A stretch of 63,996 nt of DNA, filler included, from Octopus bimaculoides (lineage: Eukaryota), in NCBI RefSeq assembly GCF_001194135.2. It is 6 parts of 6 records of this genome, joined end to end, with 100 filler letters (N's around TTAATTAATTAA, not from the genome) between each part and the next. Parts side by side here need not be neighbours in the genome. Positions count along the whole stretch, not along the records: positions 16,495 to 46,068 come from NC_068986.1; positions 46,169 to 58,483 come from NC_068984.1; 4 more parts are not named here. One strand, written 5' to 3'. The position numbers and the translations under genes were made by a program. The notes beneath the pieces were generated by a model that made no database searches, was not told where the DNA came from, and saw nothing but the letters and a program-made list of their open reading frames with translations. Positions 39,906 through 52,172 of this stretch are shown here, piece after piece. The first letter of the stretch is position 1; each line of letters starts with the position of its first letter.

Positions 39906-40719
39906 GCGCGTGGATGTATATATATGTATGTTTGTATATGTATATACATAAATATATGTACACATGTTAATTTCTTTTTTAGTTCTTCCGGTTGTTTAAG
40001 GCATCAAACCCGCCGCCATACTGGTGCCTTACCTACAGTAATGATTGCAGTAAATCCCTCGCGTGGTTTCTTCACCATCTTTTGAAGTCTGATGGTTGCT
40101 CAGTCATAGATCAAAAAGTTCGTAGTTATTGCTTTGTCCTCCACCATCTTGGCTACAAGTTCTTGAAGATGGTTGAGCAATACTGTAACATAGGGAATGC
40201 AGACGCCAGACGTTCTTCGAAAATTAGTTTAATTAAGGATATACGCATATATATATATATCCAAAGTCACTCATAGTTACACGTAGATTATCACATATTT
40301 GTATATTTATAGACTGATAGTCATATTCATACAAAAAGTTAACTCTCGGTGGGGATAAAATTATAACAAGCTCTAGTATTATTGCCAGAAATTAGTCTGA
40401 CCCACTCCCCTAAAGAAAGCAAAACAAAAAGGAAGCTATAACTAACATGAGCGAGAACTACCTGTCAGTTGAACGTCGGAGTCTAATGTATTAAATGTAT
40501 ACAGCCTGTCTGAACCTATACCTAACAATATTATAGATGAAGAAGCAGCTAAGAAGAAAGGAGGTTCGAAATGTACCGCTTAATTTCTTAAATCAAAAAT
40601 GGAATATGGTTGCGTTCTCTTCCCTTCTGTATACGAGAGACGCTATAGTTTAACAAAGTTCCAGAGACCAAATATCATTCCAGTAATTAAAACCATAAGC
40701 GACCTGGCTTCGCCCTGAG

Positions 40720-41109
40720 TCACCATTGTCTCATAAAATATGATATCGTTGAGGCGCATTTCAAAGAGACATTATTTCTATGGTACTGCTAATGTTTACA
40801 ATGGACCACTTAGCCTTCTTGTTGGGAAAATTTGACACACAGCTTTATAGTAAGCATCCTCAAGTTATACGTTAAAAATATGAATGATATAAAGGAGAGC
40901 TTTAACCAAGTCAAGACATTCTCAAATCATATAGGAATGAAGTTTGATGAAAATATGTTTCTACTTGGCTGTGAAACGAAAGCAACAGGTCTATCAAGCC
41001 ACATATTTATTAATTGCCTCACTATATATCGGTACTTAGGGATAGTTGAAAATATATATAATGGCACTGGAACAAGAGATATACACGCAGTAAATATTAC
41101 ACCTAGAGG

Positions 41110-41186
<77 letters not shown>

Positions 41187-41420
41187 CATGTATGTATATA
41201 TACATGATTCTCATGGCTCTCTATAAACAATAAATTAATGACCCACAATGTCTTTGCTGTACTCATACTAACATTTGGGCTACTCATCTGGACGCTAGAT
41301 GAGATTCAGGCCATTGACGTTAAACGTGATAACTGCTAAAGACTTTCAGAAATGTTCACACCAATAGTGATATTGACGGCTTTTACTTAGATTAAAAACG
41401 AGGGGGATGTAGACGTAATA
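40720..41420 (+). mobile_element. R4/Dong-clade LINE reverse-transcriptase remnant interrupted by (TA)n(TG)n
   Basis: MDHLAFLLGK, LKLYVKNMNDIKESFNQVKTFSNHIGMKFD, YRYLGIVE, VLILTFGLLIWTLDEIQAIDVK and HTNSDIDGFY..RGG match the DDLKLY..V..FS.DIGM.FG / YKYLGI.E / YSFG..WT..E...ID.K / H..SD..RLY..R..GGRG pattern. Confidence 0.75.
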
Positions 41421-41630
41421 TCTGTTCAATTTGTGATGACAGATCATATCACATGGACAGTATCCACACAAGTACTACAAATGTATTCATAGATCAATTT
41501 TGCATAAAGAGCTACATAGCATTACGAGAGTTCGACAAGCTCCTCGGAGTATTCCATTGAATGACGTCCAATATACAGTCTCAGGGAATTTTATCAGTTC
41601 ATCAAAACTAAATCCTGCTGGGCTATATTA

Positions 41631-41901
41631 TCAGGTCATCCCATAAGTTCTGTCCGAATTTTGAATAAAGAAAACATGTGATCAAATGTTATATTTAATT
41701 GAAATTTAATCATCAATGTACTTTCCCTGATTATCTATGACTTCCTTCCATCTATTTACAAGCATTTTAATCCCATCAATGTAACACTCTTATGGTTTCA
41801 AAGCGAAGAACTCTGAAATGTCAGTTCCGACCTCCTCCTGGTTTGCGAAAGTTATGTCGCCCAAATGATTCTGTAAACTACGAAAAAACGGTAGTCTGAA
41901 G
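41631..41901 (-). mobile_element. mariner 3' end with terminal inverted repeat
   Basis: Minus strand: SDYRFFRSLQNHLGDITFANQEEV..ISEFFALKP*..YIDGIKMLVNRWKEVIDNQGKYIDD*; terminus TA-tcaggtcatcccataagttctgtcc. Confidence 0.85.
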
Positions 41902-42158
41902 CTACATATCATTTCTCTAACCTCAATTATATTCAAGGCCATGCATATTTACGTATACATACATTACATACAATACACACACACATTATACGCGTATTTT
42001 GTTAAATTCATGCACACAGAGTTACTAACTTTCATACACAAAACGCAGAACTATATAAATATTAGCTACATACTATTTACTCGTACGCATGAATGTACGC
42101 ATGTATGCCTGTATGTATGCATGTATGTATCTGTGTATGTGTGCGTGTGTGTGTGTAG

Positions 42159-43333
42159 CTGTTTGAGGATCACTATACATATCTTCGGGCGTTACTAATA
42201 ATATCACGTGTCTGAGAATCCAAACACGTTTTTCAGGCGGAGACCACTCTTCGTGCTGAGCTAAAAACTATAAATATGGTGTGGTACGTGAGAATACGCG
42301 AAAAAAAAAACGTGAAAAAACGGTAGCATATAGAAAGTCGTAACTTCTAACCGGTAAACGAAACTAGGAGAACTAATGTAAATGTAAATAATGAACGAAA
42401 TTAAATGTAAATAGTGTAAGTAGAATAAAGGTACATGAAAAAAAACGTATAAAATATAAGGTAGAAATGTAAAGATATGTAAGGAATGTAAAATTTATAA
42501 GATAAATTTTATAAATTTTATAAATTTTTACTTTCCCGACATCTCTTATGGTTATGCCTTTACATTTCTACCTTATACTTTATACATTTATTTTTCATAT
42601 ACATTTTACTCTTCTTACACTATTTACATTTAGTTTCGTTCATTATTTACATTTACATTAGTTCTCCTAGTTTCGTTTACCGGTTAGAAGTTACGACTTT
42701 CTATATGCTACCTTTTTATTTCACGTTTTTTTTTTGTGTGTGTATTCTCACGTACTACGCCATATTTAATGTTCTTAGTTAAGCACGGAGGTGCAATGGC
42801 CCAGTGGTTAGGGCAGCGGATTCGCGGTCATAGGATCGCGGTCTCGATTCCCAGACTGGGCGTTGTGAATGTGTATTGAGCGAAAACACCTAAAGCTCCA
42901 CGAGGCTCTGGCAGGGGATGGTAGCGAACCNNNNNNNNNNCGAAAACACCTAAAGCTCCACGAGGCTCTGGCAGGGGATGGTAGCGAACCCTGCTGTACT
43001 CTTCCACCACAACTTTCTCTCACTCTTACTTCCTGTTTCTGTTCTGCTTGTAATTCAAAGGGTCAGCCTTGTCACACTGTGTCACAATGACTATCCCCGA
43101 GAACTACGTTAAGGGTACACGTGTCTGTGGAGTGCTCAGCCACTTGCACGTTAATTTCACGAGCTGGCTGTCCCGTTGATCGGATCAACTGGAACCCTCG
43201 ACGTCGTAAGCGACGGAGTGCCAACACACAGTTAAGCACGAAGAATGGTCTGCGCCTGAAGAACGTGTTTGGATTCTCAGACACGTGAAACTATTAGTAG
43301 TGCCCGAAGATATGTATTGGGATCCTTAAACAG
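42159..43333. mobile_element. Foldback/MITE-like palindromic element (~340-bp arms) with SINE insertion in the right arm
   Basis: Direct: 42159-42480 is the reverse complement of 42555-42787 plus 43241-43333; short AT-rich spacer at about 42490-42535. Confidence 0.85.
42788..43229 (+). mobile_element. SINE family C, full length, 11-bp target-site duplication
   Basis: TSD AGTTAAGCACG at 42777-42787 and 43230-43240; A box tggcccagtgg, B box gtctcgattccc. Confidence 0.93.
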
Positions 43334-43396
43334 AAATATTTGACTCTCACCAGATGGAGTGCTCTCTTTGTGAATTATACCACGAGCCAATACATT

Positions 43397-43439
<43 letters not shown>

Positions 43440-43660
43440 CATTGAGATTATGAGAGGTAATGGTGTCAAGAAGACTCAAAGGTGTCAGGTAATGCCGAGT
43501 AAGTGCTACGAATAGATTATATTTAAGCTCCAGGTTCGGTGATTATGCGAATGAGGAGTCCAACGTCGGTCATATATCAACATGCGTATATATAAAAAAT
43601 TAACAGAATGAGATAAAAACCCAAGGCTGTGAAAGATTTCAGAACATTTATAAATGGAAG

Positions 43661-43708
43661 GTCTTACAGCTATTTACGGGATATTTTACATATCCCTTCA
43701 TCGGAGAC
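43661..43708 (-). ncRNA. Hammerhead-like motif, mutated copy
   Basis: GUCU-CCGAUGA-A-GGGAUAU-guaaa-AUAUCCC-G-UAAAU-AGCU-GUA-AGAC: perfect stems I and II, but the GAAAC strand is mutated. Confidence 0.45.
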
Positions 43709-44007
43709 GGTGTGAGATAATGGTTAAGCAATAGTTATTCTAGATAAAATATGAAATAGAGAGTGAAGTGGAGGAATGAAAATAGACGTGAGATATGCAG
43801 AGATATTGTATCTGCAGTTCCATTATTTAAGCAAAATAGTATACTTATAAGTTTCCTGTACTTTGTGCGCAAGTTCCAATAATATTTAAAATTGGTCTTT
43901 CCAAGCATAGAGTTTGTAAACGGGGTTATTGAATTGAGGGTATTTTTTGAAGTGACATAAAAGCTGGGAATGTGTTTGTAAGGTCAAATCAAAAACAGGA
44001 ACTGCAG

Positions 44008-44062
<55 letters not shown>

Positions 44063-44151
44063 GCATATCTCACGTCTGTTTTCATACCTCCACTTCACTC
44101 TTTATTTCATTCTTCTCTAGAATAACTATTGCTTAACCACTTTCTCACACC

Positions 44152-44198
44152 ATCTCCGAGGAAGAGATATATAAATATCCCGGAAACAGCTGTAAGAC
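44152..44198 (+). ncRNA. Minimal type-I hammerhead ribozyme-like motif
   Basis: AUCU-CCGAGGA-A-GAGAUAU-auaa-AUAUCCC-G-GAAAC-AGCU-GUA-AGAC: 2-bp stem III with palindromic AGCU loop, GUA triplet, predicted cut after 44194. Confidence 0.6.
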
Positions 44199-44480
44199 CT
44201 TCTCTTTATAAATGTTCTGAAATATTTCACAGCCTTGGATTTTTATCTCCTTCTGTTAATTTTATATATATATATATATAGGGAGAGAGAGAGAGAGAGA
44301 GAGAGAGATACACATACATATCAACATATTACACGTATGAGTATATTATATATATTATGTGAGTATGTGTGGACATGTAATGTCTGCATACACACGCTCA
44401 TTCAAACATACACACACACACACACATATAAGCATATATACAGTTAAAGACACGAAGAACACGCATGAACATGTGTGTAT

Positions 44481-44539
<59 letters not shown>

Positions 44540-45257
44540 TGTTTGAGTTTGTGTGTGTATATGCAGGCAGTGCATGCACACACGCGCACACCCACCCACA
44601 CACACCCGCACGCACACACGCACACACACACACACACACGCACGCATATAAACACACTTGCAAATACGTCTGCTAACCAACTCACATGTTACATCTTACC
44701 AGTTAATGCTTCTGCGATCGAATCACATTTGATTAACGGTCAAGTTGTAATTTTTATTGGTCAACACACATAACAGCTTTGATAAGATTGAATTTGACAG
44801 AGAATTACAATCTTTATTTCTCCCCTCTTTCACACCATTTCGTTATTTCTCTTTCAAATACACAATTTCCCTCTCCGTCCCATCACAAGTTTTCGTATCT
44901 CTGTCAATCTATCAATTTTTTTTTCTGTTCTGTGTGGGCCTCTATTTCAAGCTTTCGTTTTTGCCCTATCCCCCGCTACATTCTTTTTTTCTTTTTTTTC
45001 TTTGTTTGTTTGTTTGTTTGTTTGTTTGTTTCTTTCTTTCTTTCTTTCTTTCTCTAACTTCATCGTTCCTTTCTAATTACTTTTCCCATTACAACCATTA
45101 CAACTGTTTTTTCTCTTAATTTTCTGCATACATCCATGTATGTATGCGTGTATACATGTATGTATGTATGTATGTGTGTATGTGTGTGTGCGTATGTATG
45201 TATACATGCATGCATGCATATATGGAGCATGTACATAGGTATATAACGTGTGTGTGC

Positions 45258-45316
<59 letters not shown>

Positions 45317-45499
45317 CCTCACTTTGTTGTTTTTTTGTTTTTTTGTTATTGTTTTTTTTAACTATATATATATATATATATATATATGTGTATGAATATA
45401 TGCGTGTGTATATACATGTATGTATATATATATATATATATTGCTATCTAAATCTATCTATCTATCTTTATCTCTATATTATTTGTTTCCTAGCTCTCC

Positions 45500-45675
<176 letters not shown>

Positions 45676-46179
45676 TCCATTCTCCTCCTACTGACCCACA
45701 TGAACTCTCGATCAGCAACTGCATCAACACCAAAACAACCAACGTCTACATGCTGTTACCTTTTAATGATCGCTTTGCACAGTTTTTATGTTCCTCATCG
45801 AAGTTCTGCAAAGAGCCGTTAAACACACACTATTCCGTGATCTAGAATACAAGGAGAGCAAAGAGGTGGCAGAGGAGTAGGAGGAGTGAGAGGTGAAGAT
45901 GAAGGAGAGCAACAAAAAGAGGAAAAAGAATGAGGAGGCGGAAGACGAGGGACACGCATGCACACACACAGACACAGACACACACACACATATATATATA
46001 TGTGTGTGTGTGTGTATGTATGTATATATATGTATATATAAATAAATATATATATACATATATATATANNNNNNNNNNNNNNNNNNNNNNNNNNNNNNNN
46101 NNNNNNNNNNNNTTAATTAATTAANNNNNNNNNNNNNNNNNNNNNNNNNNNNNNNNNNNNNNNNNNNNTATATATATCT

Positions 46180-46385
46180 TTTACCCTTTTACTGGTTTCA
46201 GTCATTTTGACTGGGGCCATGCTGGAGTACCACCTTTACTCGAGCAAATCAACCCCAGGACTTATTCTTTGTAAGCCTAGTACTTATTCTATCGGTCTCT
46301 TTTGCCGAACCGCTAAGTTGCCATGCAGTGGGACTGAACCTGGAACTATGTGGTTAGGAAGCAAGCTTCTTACCACACAGCCACG
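46180..46385 (-). mobile_element. SINE family B with internal deletion
   Basis: Tail segment joined directly to head segment at gctaagtt|gccatgcag. Confidence 0.75.
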
Positions 46386-46446
46386 CTGTGCCTATATGCT
46401 ATATATGTGCGCCTACATATCATATATGTGCATGTGTGTGTAATAT

Positions 46447-46488
<42 letters not shown>

Positions 46489-48068
46489 NNNNNNNNNNCA
46501 CAACTACGACCGCCACCACCATCACCATCACCATATCATCATCATCACTGCCATCAACATTATCATCCCCATCACCATTTCCTTTATCCTCATCACCATC
46601 CTCATCATCATTCTGATGACTTACTAGTTTAGCCAGGATGTCAGCAGCTAAGCAGCTACCAGAAAAACAAATAGCAATGTTTTTTGTTTTTTTATTGAAA
46701 AAGTTTTTTTTGTTTTTTTTTTTTGCTTTGTTTAAAAAAAAAACAGCAATAAAAAATACCAAAAAAAAATCATATAGAATTTGTACAAAGTGGAAATACA
46801 ATACAAAACCATCTTGCTGTGAAAGAACCCCTTTCTTGAATATCTGTTGCTTATAATGTCTGTGAAAATATTTGTACTATCATATACCTGAATCTAATTT
46901 TGGGTTCTGGGTGGGAGTCTAGAGTAATGAAAGGAGTGGGTTTGAGTTTGGATTTGGGGTAGATATGCATTATGGTATGTGGAGAGATTATTCATATTTT
47001 TCTGAAATACCTATGTTCTTCAATATTTTCTACTCACCTAGAGAAATAGTTATTGTATNNNNNNNNNNNNNNNNNNNNNNNNNNNNNNNNNNNNNNNNNN
47101 NNNNNNNNNNNNNNNNNNNNNNNNNNNNNNNNNNNNNNNNNNNNNNNNNNNNNNNNNNNNNNNNNNNNNNNNNNNNNNNNNNNNNNNNNNNNNNNNNNNN
47201 NNNNNNNNNNNNNNNNNNNNNNNNNNNNNNNNNNNNNNNNNNNNNNNNNNNNNNNNNNNNNNNNNNNNNNNNNNNNNNNNNNNNNNNNNNNNNNNNNNNN
47301 NNNNNNNNNNNNNNNNNNNNNNNNNNNNNNNNNNNNNNNNNNNNNNNNNNNNNNNNNNNNNNNNNNNNNNNNNNNNNNNNNNNNNNNNNNNNNNNNNNNN
47401 NNNNNNNNNNNNNNNNNNNNNNNNNNNNNNNNNNNNNNNNNNNNNNNNNNNNNNNNNNNNNNNNNNNNNNNNNNNNNNNNNNNNNNNNNNNNNNNNNNNN
47501 NNNNNNNNNNNNNNNNNNNNNNNNNNNNNNNNNNNNNNNNNNNNNNNNNNNNNNNNNNNNNNNNNNNNNNNNNNNNNNNNNNNNNNNNNNNNNNNNNNNN
47601 NNNNNNNNNNNNNNNNNNNNNNNNNNNNNNNNNNNNNNNNNNNNNNNNNNNNNNNNNNNNNNNNNNNNNNNNNNNNNNNNNNNNNNNNNNNNNNNNNNNN
47701 NNNNNNNNNNNNNNNNNNNNNNNNNNNNNNNNNNNNNNNNNNNNNNNNNNNNNNNNNNNNNNNNNNNNNNNNNNNNNNNNNNNNNNNNNNNNNNNNNNNN
47801 NNNNNNNNNNNNNNNNNNNNNNNNNNNNNNNNNNNNNNNNNNNNNNNNNNNNNNNNNNNNNNNNNNNNNNNNNNNNNNNNNNNNNNNNNNNNNNNNNNNN
47901 NNNNNNNNNNNNNNNNNNNNNNNNNNNNNNNNNNNNNNNNNNNNNNNNNNNNNNNNNNNNNNNNNNNNNNNNNNNNNNNNNNNNNNNNNNNNNNNNNNNN
48001 NNNNNNGCTGTGCCTATATGCTATATATGTGCGCCTACATATCATATATGTGCATGTGTGTGTAATAT

Positions 48069-48120
<52 letters not shown>

Positions 48121-48649
48121 CCATCATTATAATTATCATCATCATTGTATGTATTGGCATATATTTGTTGCTTATTTGGTTTCCATTTAACTACTTAGCT
48201 CTTTTCAGTTTGCTTAACACATTCATTTCATTGAAGAATAATACAATTAGAGTAATTAATTAATTAAAACAGTGATACAAACACACACACAGATACATAC
48301 ACACGCTCACACATACACACACACACTCATAAACATATCATTTATTTATATATTAATCATTTCTAATGAAAGGAACTCCCTTGAACACCTTCTTGATCTT
48401 GTAATTAAGTACTATTAAACCCTAACCTACAAGACAGTTTTTCAGAGTGGCGCATAAGACTTTGGTTATTAGATTAAAATAGAAATGAAATATGATCAAT
48501 TACTTAATGAGATACAGTCGTCAGTGGAAGAGAGAAGATTGGGTGAGAAGTGCTACCATTGTTATTATAATTTTAATTATAGTTATCCATGCTTATATGA
48601 GAGAGGATGTGTCTTTTATTTTGTTTCTCCTGTTATCTTTTACTTTTTT

Positions 48650-49292
48650 TGCTAGTTGTAGTTATTAGATTGCACCCATGCTGGGGTGCCACCCTGAAGA
48701 ATTTTTAGTTGAATAAATCAACCCTAGTATTTTTTTTGTTTTTTAAAAGCCTAGTAGTTATTTTATCAGTCTCTTTTGCTGAATTGCTAAGTTATGGGGA
48801 TGTAAACAAACCAACACTGGTTGTCAAGCAGTGGTGGGGCAAAACACAGTCACAAAGACACATACACAGAGGTGTGTGTGTGTATATATATATGTATGTA
48901 TGTATGTATGATGAGCTTATTTCAGTTTCTTATTTCTTTATTACTCACAAGGGGCTAAACATAGAGGAGACAAACAAGGGGATTAAGTCGATTACATTGA
49001 CTCCAGTGCCTAACTGGTACTTTATTCATCGACCCCGAAAGGATGAAAGGCAAAGTCGACCTCGGCAGAATTTGAACTCAGAATGTAACATCAGACAAAA
49101 TACCGCTAAGCATTTCACCCGGCGTGCTAACGTTTCTGCCAGCTCGCCGCCTATTTCAGTTTCTTTCAACCAAATCTACTCACAAAGCTTTGGTTGGCCC
49201 AAAGTAGGAGACATTTGCCTCAGGTGCCAAGCAGTGGGACTGAACCTGGAAGCATCTGGTTGGGAAGCAAGCTTCTTATCATACAGCCATGC
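48650..49292 (-). mobile_element. SINE family B interrupted by a family-A SINE (48931-49151) with 13-bp TSD
   Basis: TSD TATTTCAGTTTCT at 48918-48930 and 49152-49164. Confidence 0.9.
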
Positions 49293-49329
49293 CAAATTTT
49301 GTTATTGCTTTTCAAAATAGTGAAACCAT

Positions 49330-49555
49330 GTAATATAGTGGGTTCAGGTGTTGTACTCATTATCACAAGATTGTGGTTTTGATTCCCACACTGGGCAGCA
49401 CATTGTGATCTTGAGGAAAACACTTAATTTCATGTCGCTCCAGGCCATTCTGCTGTAAATAAGTAACCCTGACATGGACTAGCATCCTGTCGATCTTAGT
49501 CACTTATACATCATAGAAACCTGGTAATCTGCCCTATGAGTCCCAGAACTCAAGA
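49330..49555 (+). mobile_element. SINE family D, old copy
   Basis: ggttttgattccc B-box-like; cttgaggaaaacact.aatttcatgtcgctccag core; tagaaacc tail. Confidence 0.65.
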
Positions 49556-50274
49556 CAGAAATATTCAGAGGACTTACATTTTTTCACAAGAATTCTCACT
49601 TTTGTATGCATGACATTGTTGAAAATATGTTGGGTAGAATTTTGCCAGATAAATTTCATAGAATTGAGAACCCAAAATTTTCAAAAAGTAATGAATTATG
49701 TTCAAAAGCATCACAAAATGGAAATGTTTTATGGTGGCTTAGAAAGAATATATTGTATTTTGTAATATGGAAGATAGACTTTTTTGTAAAAAAAAATATT
49801 ACATTGAAAATTACCATGTGTCTTCCATAATGCTAGTCGAGAAGTTGTTGCTATGGTTTTCTGAAATTAAGGGAGTGTTGTCAGAAGTTACAGTCAAGCA
49901 CCCAACTATAATTGCTTGGCATTAAAGTGAGTTGGTTGAAATATGTGCAGTGGAAAGGAAGAGTATGGTACTTTGGGCAAGTGATGTAAATGGACCTATA
50001 TGGGCAATGTGTAAAGCAGTTAAAATAAAGGTTGGAAGAAGTGGTAGAAATCTGAGGATGGTGTGTTTGCTGAAGAGTTATGGTAATATAAATCAATTGC
50101 AGATCCATCCATCCCAAGTTAATACAGAAAAACAATGAAAATGGTCTGGTAATAATGAACTGTAGTTAATAAGATTTGAACTCATAACAACATGGCCAGT
50201 AAAACAGTGTCTTATCTTTATAGTTTTTGAATTGCATCTTTCAAAAACAAAAAAAAGGATCAAAGTCCTTTTTG

Positions 50275-50312
50275 AGGCATAGACTCATAAGGCCAGTTTC
50301 CAGAATTCTGCA

Positions 50313-50350
<38 letters not shown>

Positions 50351-50505
50351 CTCCTGGATGGGATACCAGTCCACTGTAGTGTTACTCATTTTTGCCAGAT
50401 GAGGTGACTAGTGCATTGTGAAATTAAGTGTTTTGCTCAAGAACACAATGCAGGAATTGAAACTACAATCTTACAATCATGAATGCAACACCCTAACCCC
50501 TAACA
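50275..50505 (-). mobile_element. SINE family D, old copy with (TA)n insertion
   Basis: gtgaaattaagtgttttgctcaagaacacaatgc..gaattgaaactacaatc. Confidence 0.65.
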
Positions 50506-50519
50506 TGTGCCTCTACATT

Positions 50520-50905
50520 TTTTTTTTTATTTGTTTCAGTCATTTGACTGCGGCCATGCTAGAGCACCACCTTTAGTCGAATCAAATCGACCGCAGGACT
50601 TATTCTTTGTAAGCCTAGTACTTATTCTATCGGTCTCTTTTTGCCGAACCGCTAAGTTACAGGGACCTAAACGGTTTTCAAGTGATGTTGGGGGGACAAA
50701 CACAGATACACAACGTATACACACATACATATATATATATACACATATGCGACGGGCTTCTTTCAGCTTCCGTCTACCAAATCCACTCACAAGGCTTTGG
50801 TCGGCCCGAGGCTATTGTAAAAGACACTTGCCCAAGGTGCGATGCAGTGGGACTGAACCCAGAACCATGTGGTTGGTAAGCAAGCTACTTACCACACAGC
50901 CACTC
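50520..50905 (-). mobile_element. SINE family B, full length
   Basis: Collinear with the other family-B copies; relatively young. Confidence 0.9.
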
Positions 50906-51458
50906 CTGTGCCTATTTTGTAAACACAAATATCAAAATTTTTTAAACCATCACAGAATTAGGACAAATATGCAAAAAGTATGGAAAATGAGCGTATAGTG
51001 ATGATGAAAGAGAAAGGAATCTAATCTTTGAAATAGATCAAGGGGTGGTGGCATGTGATAAAAATAAAATAAAACGAAAAACTTGACCTCGAAGAGTAAA
51101 ATATATGCTCTGTGTGCATATTGCTAATTAGAATTTGGAAGTCATGTCAGCGTATCAAAACCATGACATCATCAAGTATATCTGAATGAGAATGATTCAT
51201 TACAAGTAATTAATGACCGTTCTTTAATGTTATCATGGTTATCATAGGTTAGAGAGAGGAAATGAGCGAGGAAAAAAAAACCCCTTCTATAATAAGCACA
51301 GGAATGCTTGTGTGGTTAAGAAGTTTACTTTGCAGCCACATGGTTTTAGGTTCAGTCCCATTGTGCAGCACCTTTAGTATGTGTCTTCCACTGAAGCCTT
51401 GTGCTGACTGATGCTTTGTGAGTGAATTTGGCAGCTGGAATTTGGTAGCTGGCTTTAA

Positions 51459-51677
51459 CCCTTTAGTATTTAAACTGGCTATATCCGGCCAAAATATTTA
51501 ATCTGTTTTATGTTCAAACTGACCAGATCCAGGCTCTCACACCTACCCTACAATGTTATTCTACATTAAGTAATTACACCATCAAGATCTTGAAGATGAA
51601 ATAATGCATGATTAATTCAAATCAATGTGAATCAATAAGCATATTATGTTTGATAGAATAATCTGAACACTAAAGGG
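51459..51677. mobile_element. piggyBac-type MITE
   Basis: Direct: TTAA|CCCTTTAGT...ACTAAAGGG|TTAA (TTAA TSD, 9-bp perfect TIR). Confidence 0.85.
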
Positions 51678-51694
51678 TTAAGGGAATCACAAAA

Positions 51695-51860
51695 GGCCCA
51701 ACCTTCCAAGTTCTTTTACAAGGTTTAGAAAAATTGAAGGATTGCAGTGATAAGTGTATGAGTCTGAGAGGGGAATATGTTGAATAAAATCATAATTAAC
51801 TGATCCTTCGATATTTTCTTCTATTCAAAGCCAGGAACTTTTCAGCATCCTCTTGTATAT
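51695..51860 (+). mobile_element. mariner 3' end / MITE fragment
   Basis: LEKLKDCSDKCMSLRGEYVE* followed by aaagccaggaacttttcagca, a TIR-like sequence. Confidence 0.7.
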
Positions 51861-51994
51861 ATGTGTACACATGTATCTTGATGTCTGTGTTTGTTCCCAC
51901 TACTACCACCACTTGACAACTGGTGTTGGTTTGTTTACATCTCTATAGCTTAGTGGTCTGGGAAAGTGGCCAATAGAATAAGTACATCGTCATT

Positions 51995-52072
51995 GTTTAA
52001 CGTCTGTTTTCCATACTGGCATGGGTTGGACGGTTTGAGTGAGGTCTGGAGAGCCAGCAGCTGCACCAGTCT
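51995..52072 (-). mobile_element. Short LINE-3'-like repeat family (also 53300-53420 on - and 56095-56260 on +)
   Basis: Shared motif ttcc.t.ctggcatg.gttgga.ggtttga in three places; LINE origin is inferred. Confidence 0.55.
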
Positions 52073-52074
52073 CT

Positions 52075-52172
52075 AGGCGGAATTTGAACTCAGAAAAAAT
52101 AAAGAGCTGGAGGAAATGCTGCTGAGCGATTTTGTCTGATGTGTTAATGATTCTGCCAACTCACTACCTTAA
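52075..52172 (-). mobile_element. SINE family A head, CpG-decayed
   Basis: ggcggaatttgaactcagaa..gattctgccaactcactacctt. Confidence 0.75.

Larger units (their letters stand above)
43587..44272. mobile_element. Penelope-like element with ~215-bp inverted arms
   Basis: Direct: 43587-43803 is the reverse complement of 44058-44272; each arm carries a hammerhead-like motif and ends in (TA)n. Confidence 0.7.
51300..51990 (+). mobile_element. SINE family B split by a piggyBac-type MITE and a mariner end
   Basis: Head at 51300-51454, tail at about 51875-51990. Confidence 0.7.

Noticed and set aside
46385-48120. ~105-bp direct duplication (46385-46490 and 48008-48120)
   Set aside because: Both copies abut gaps and are identical; most likely contig-overlap or haplotype artefact.
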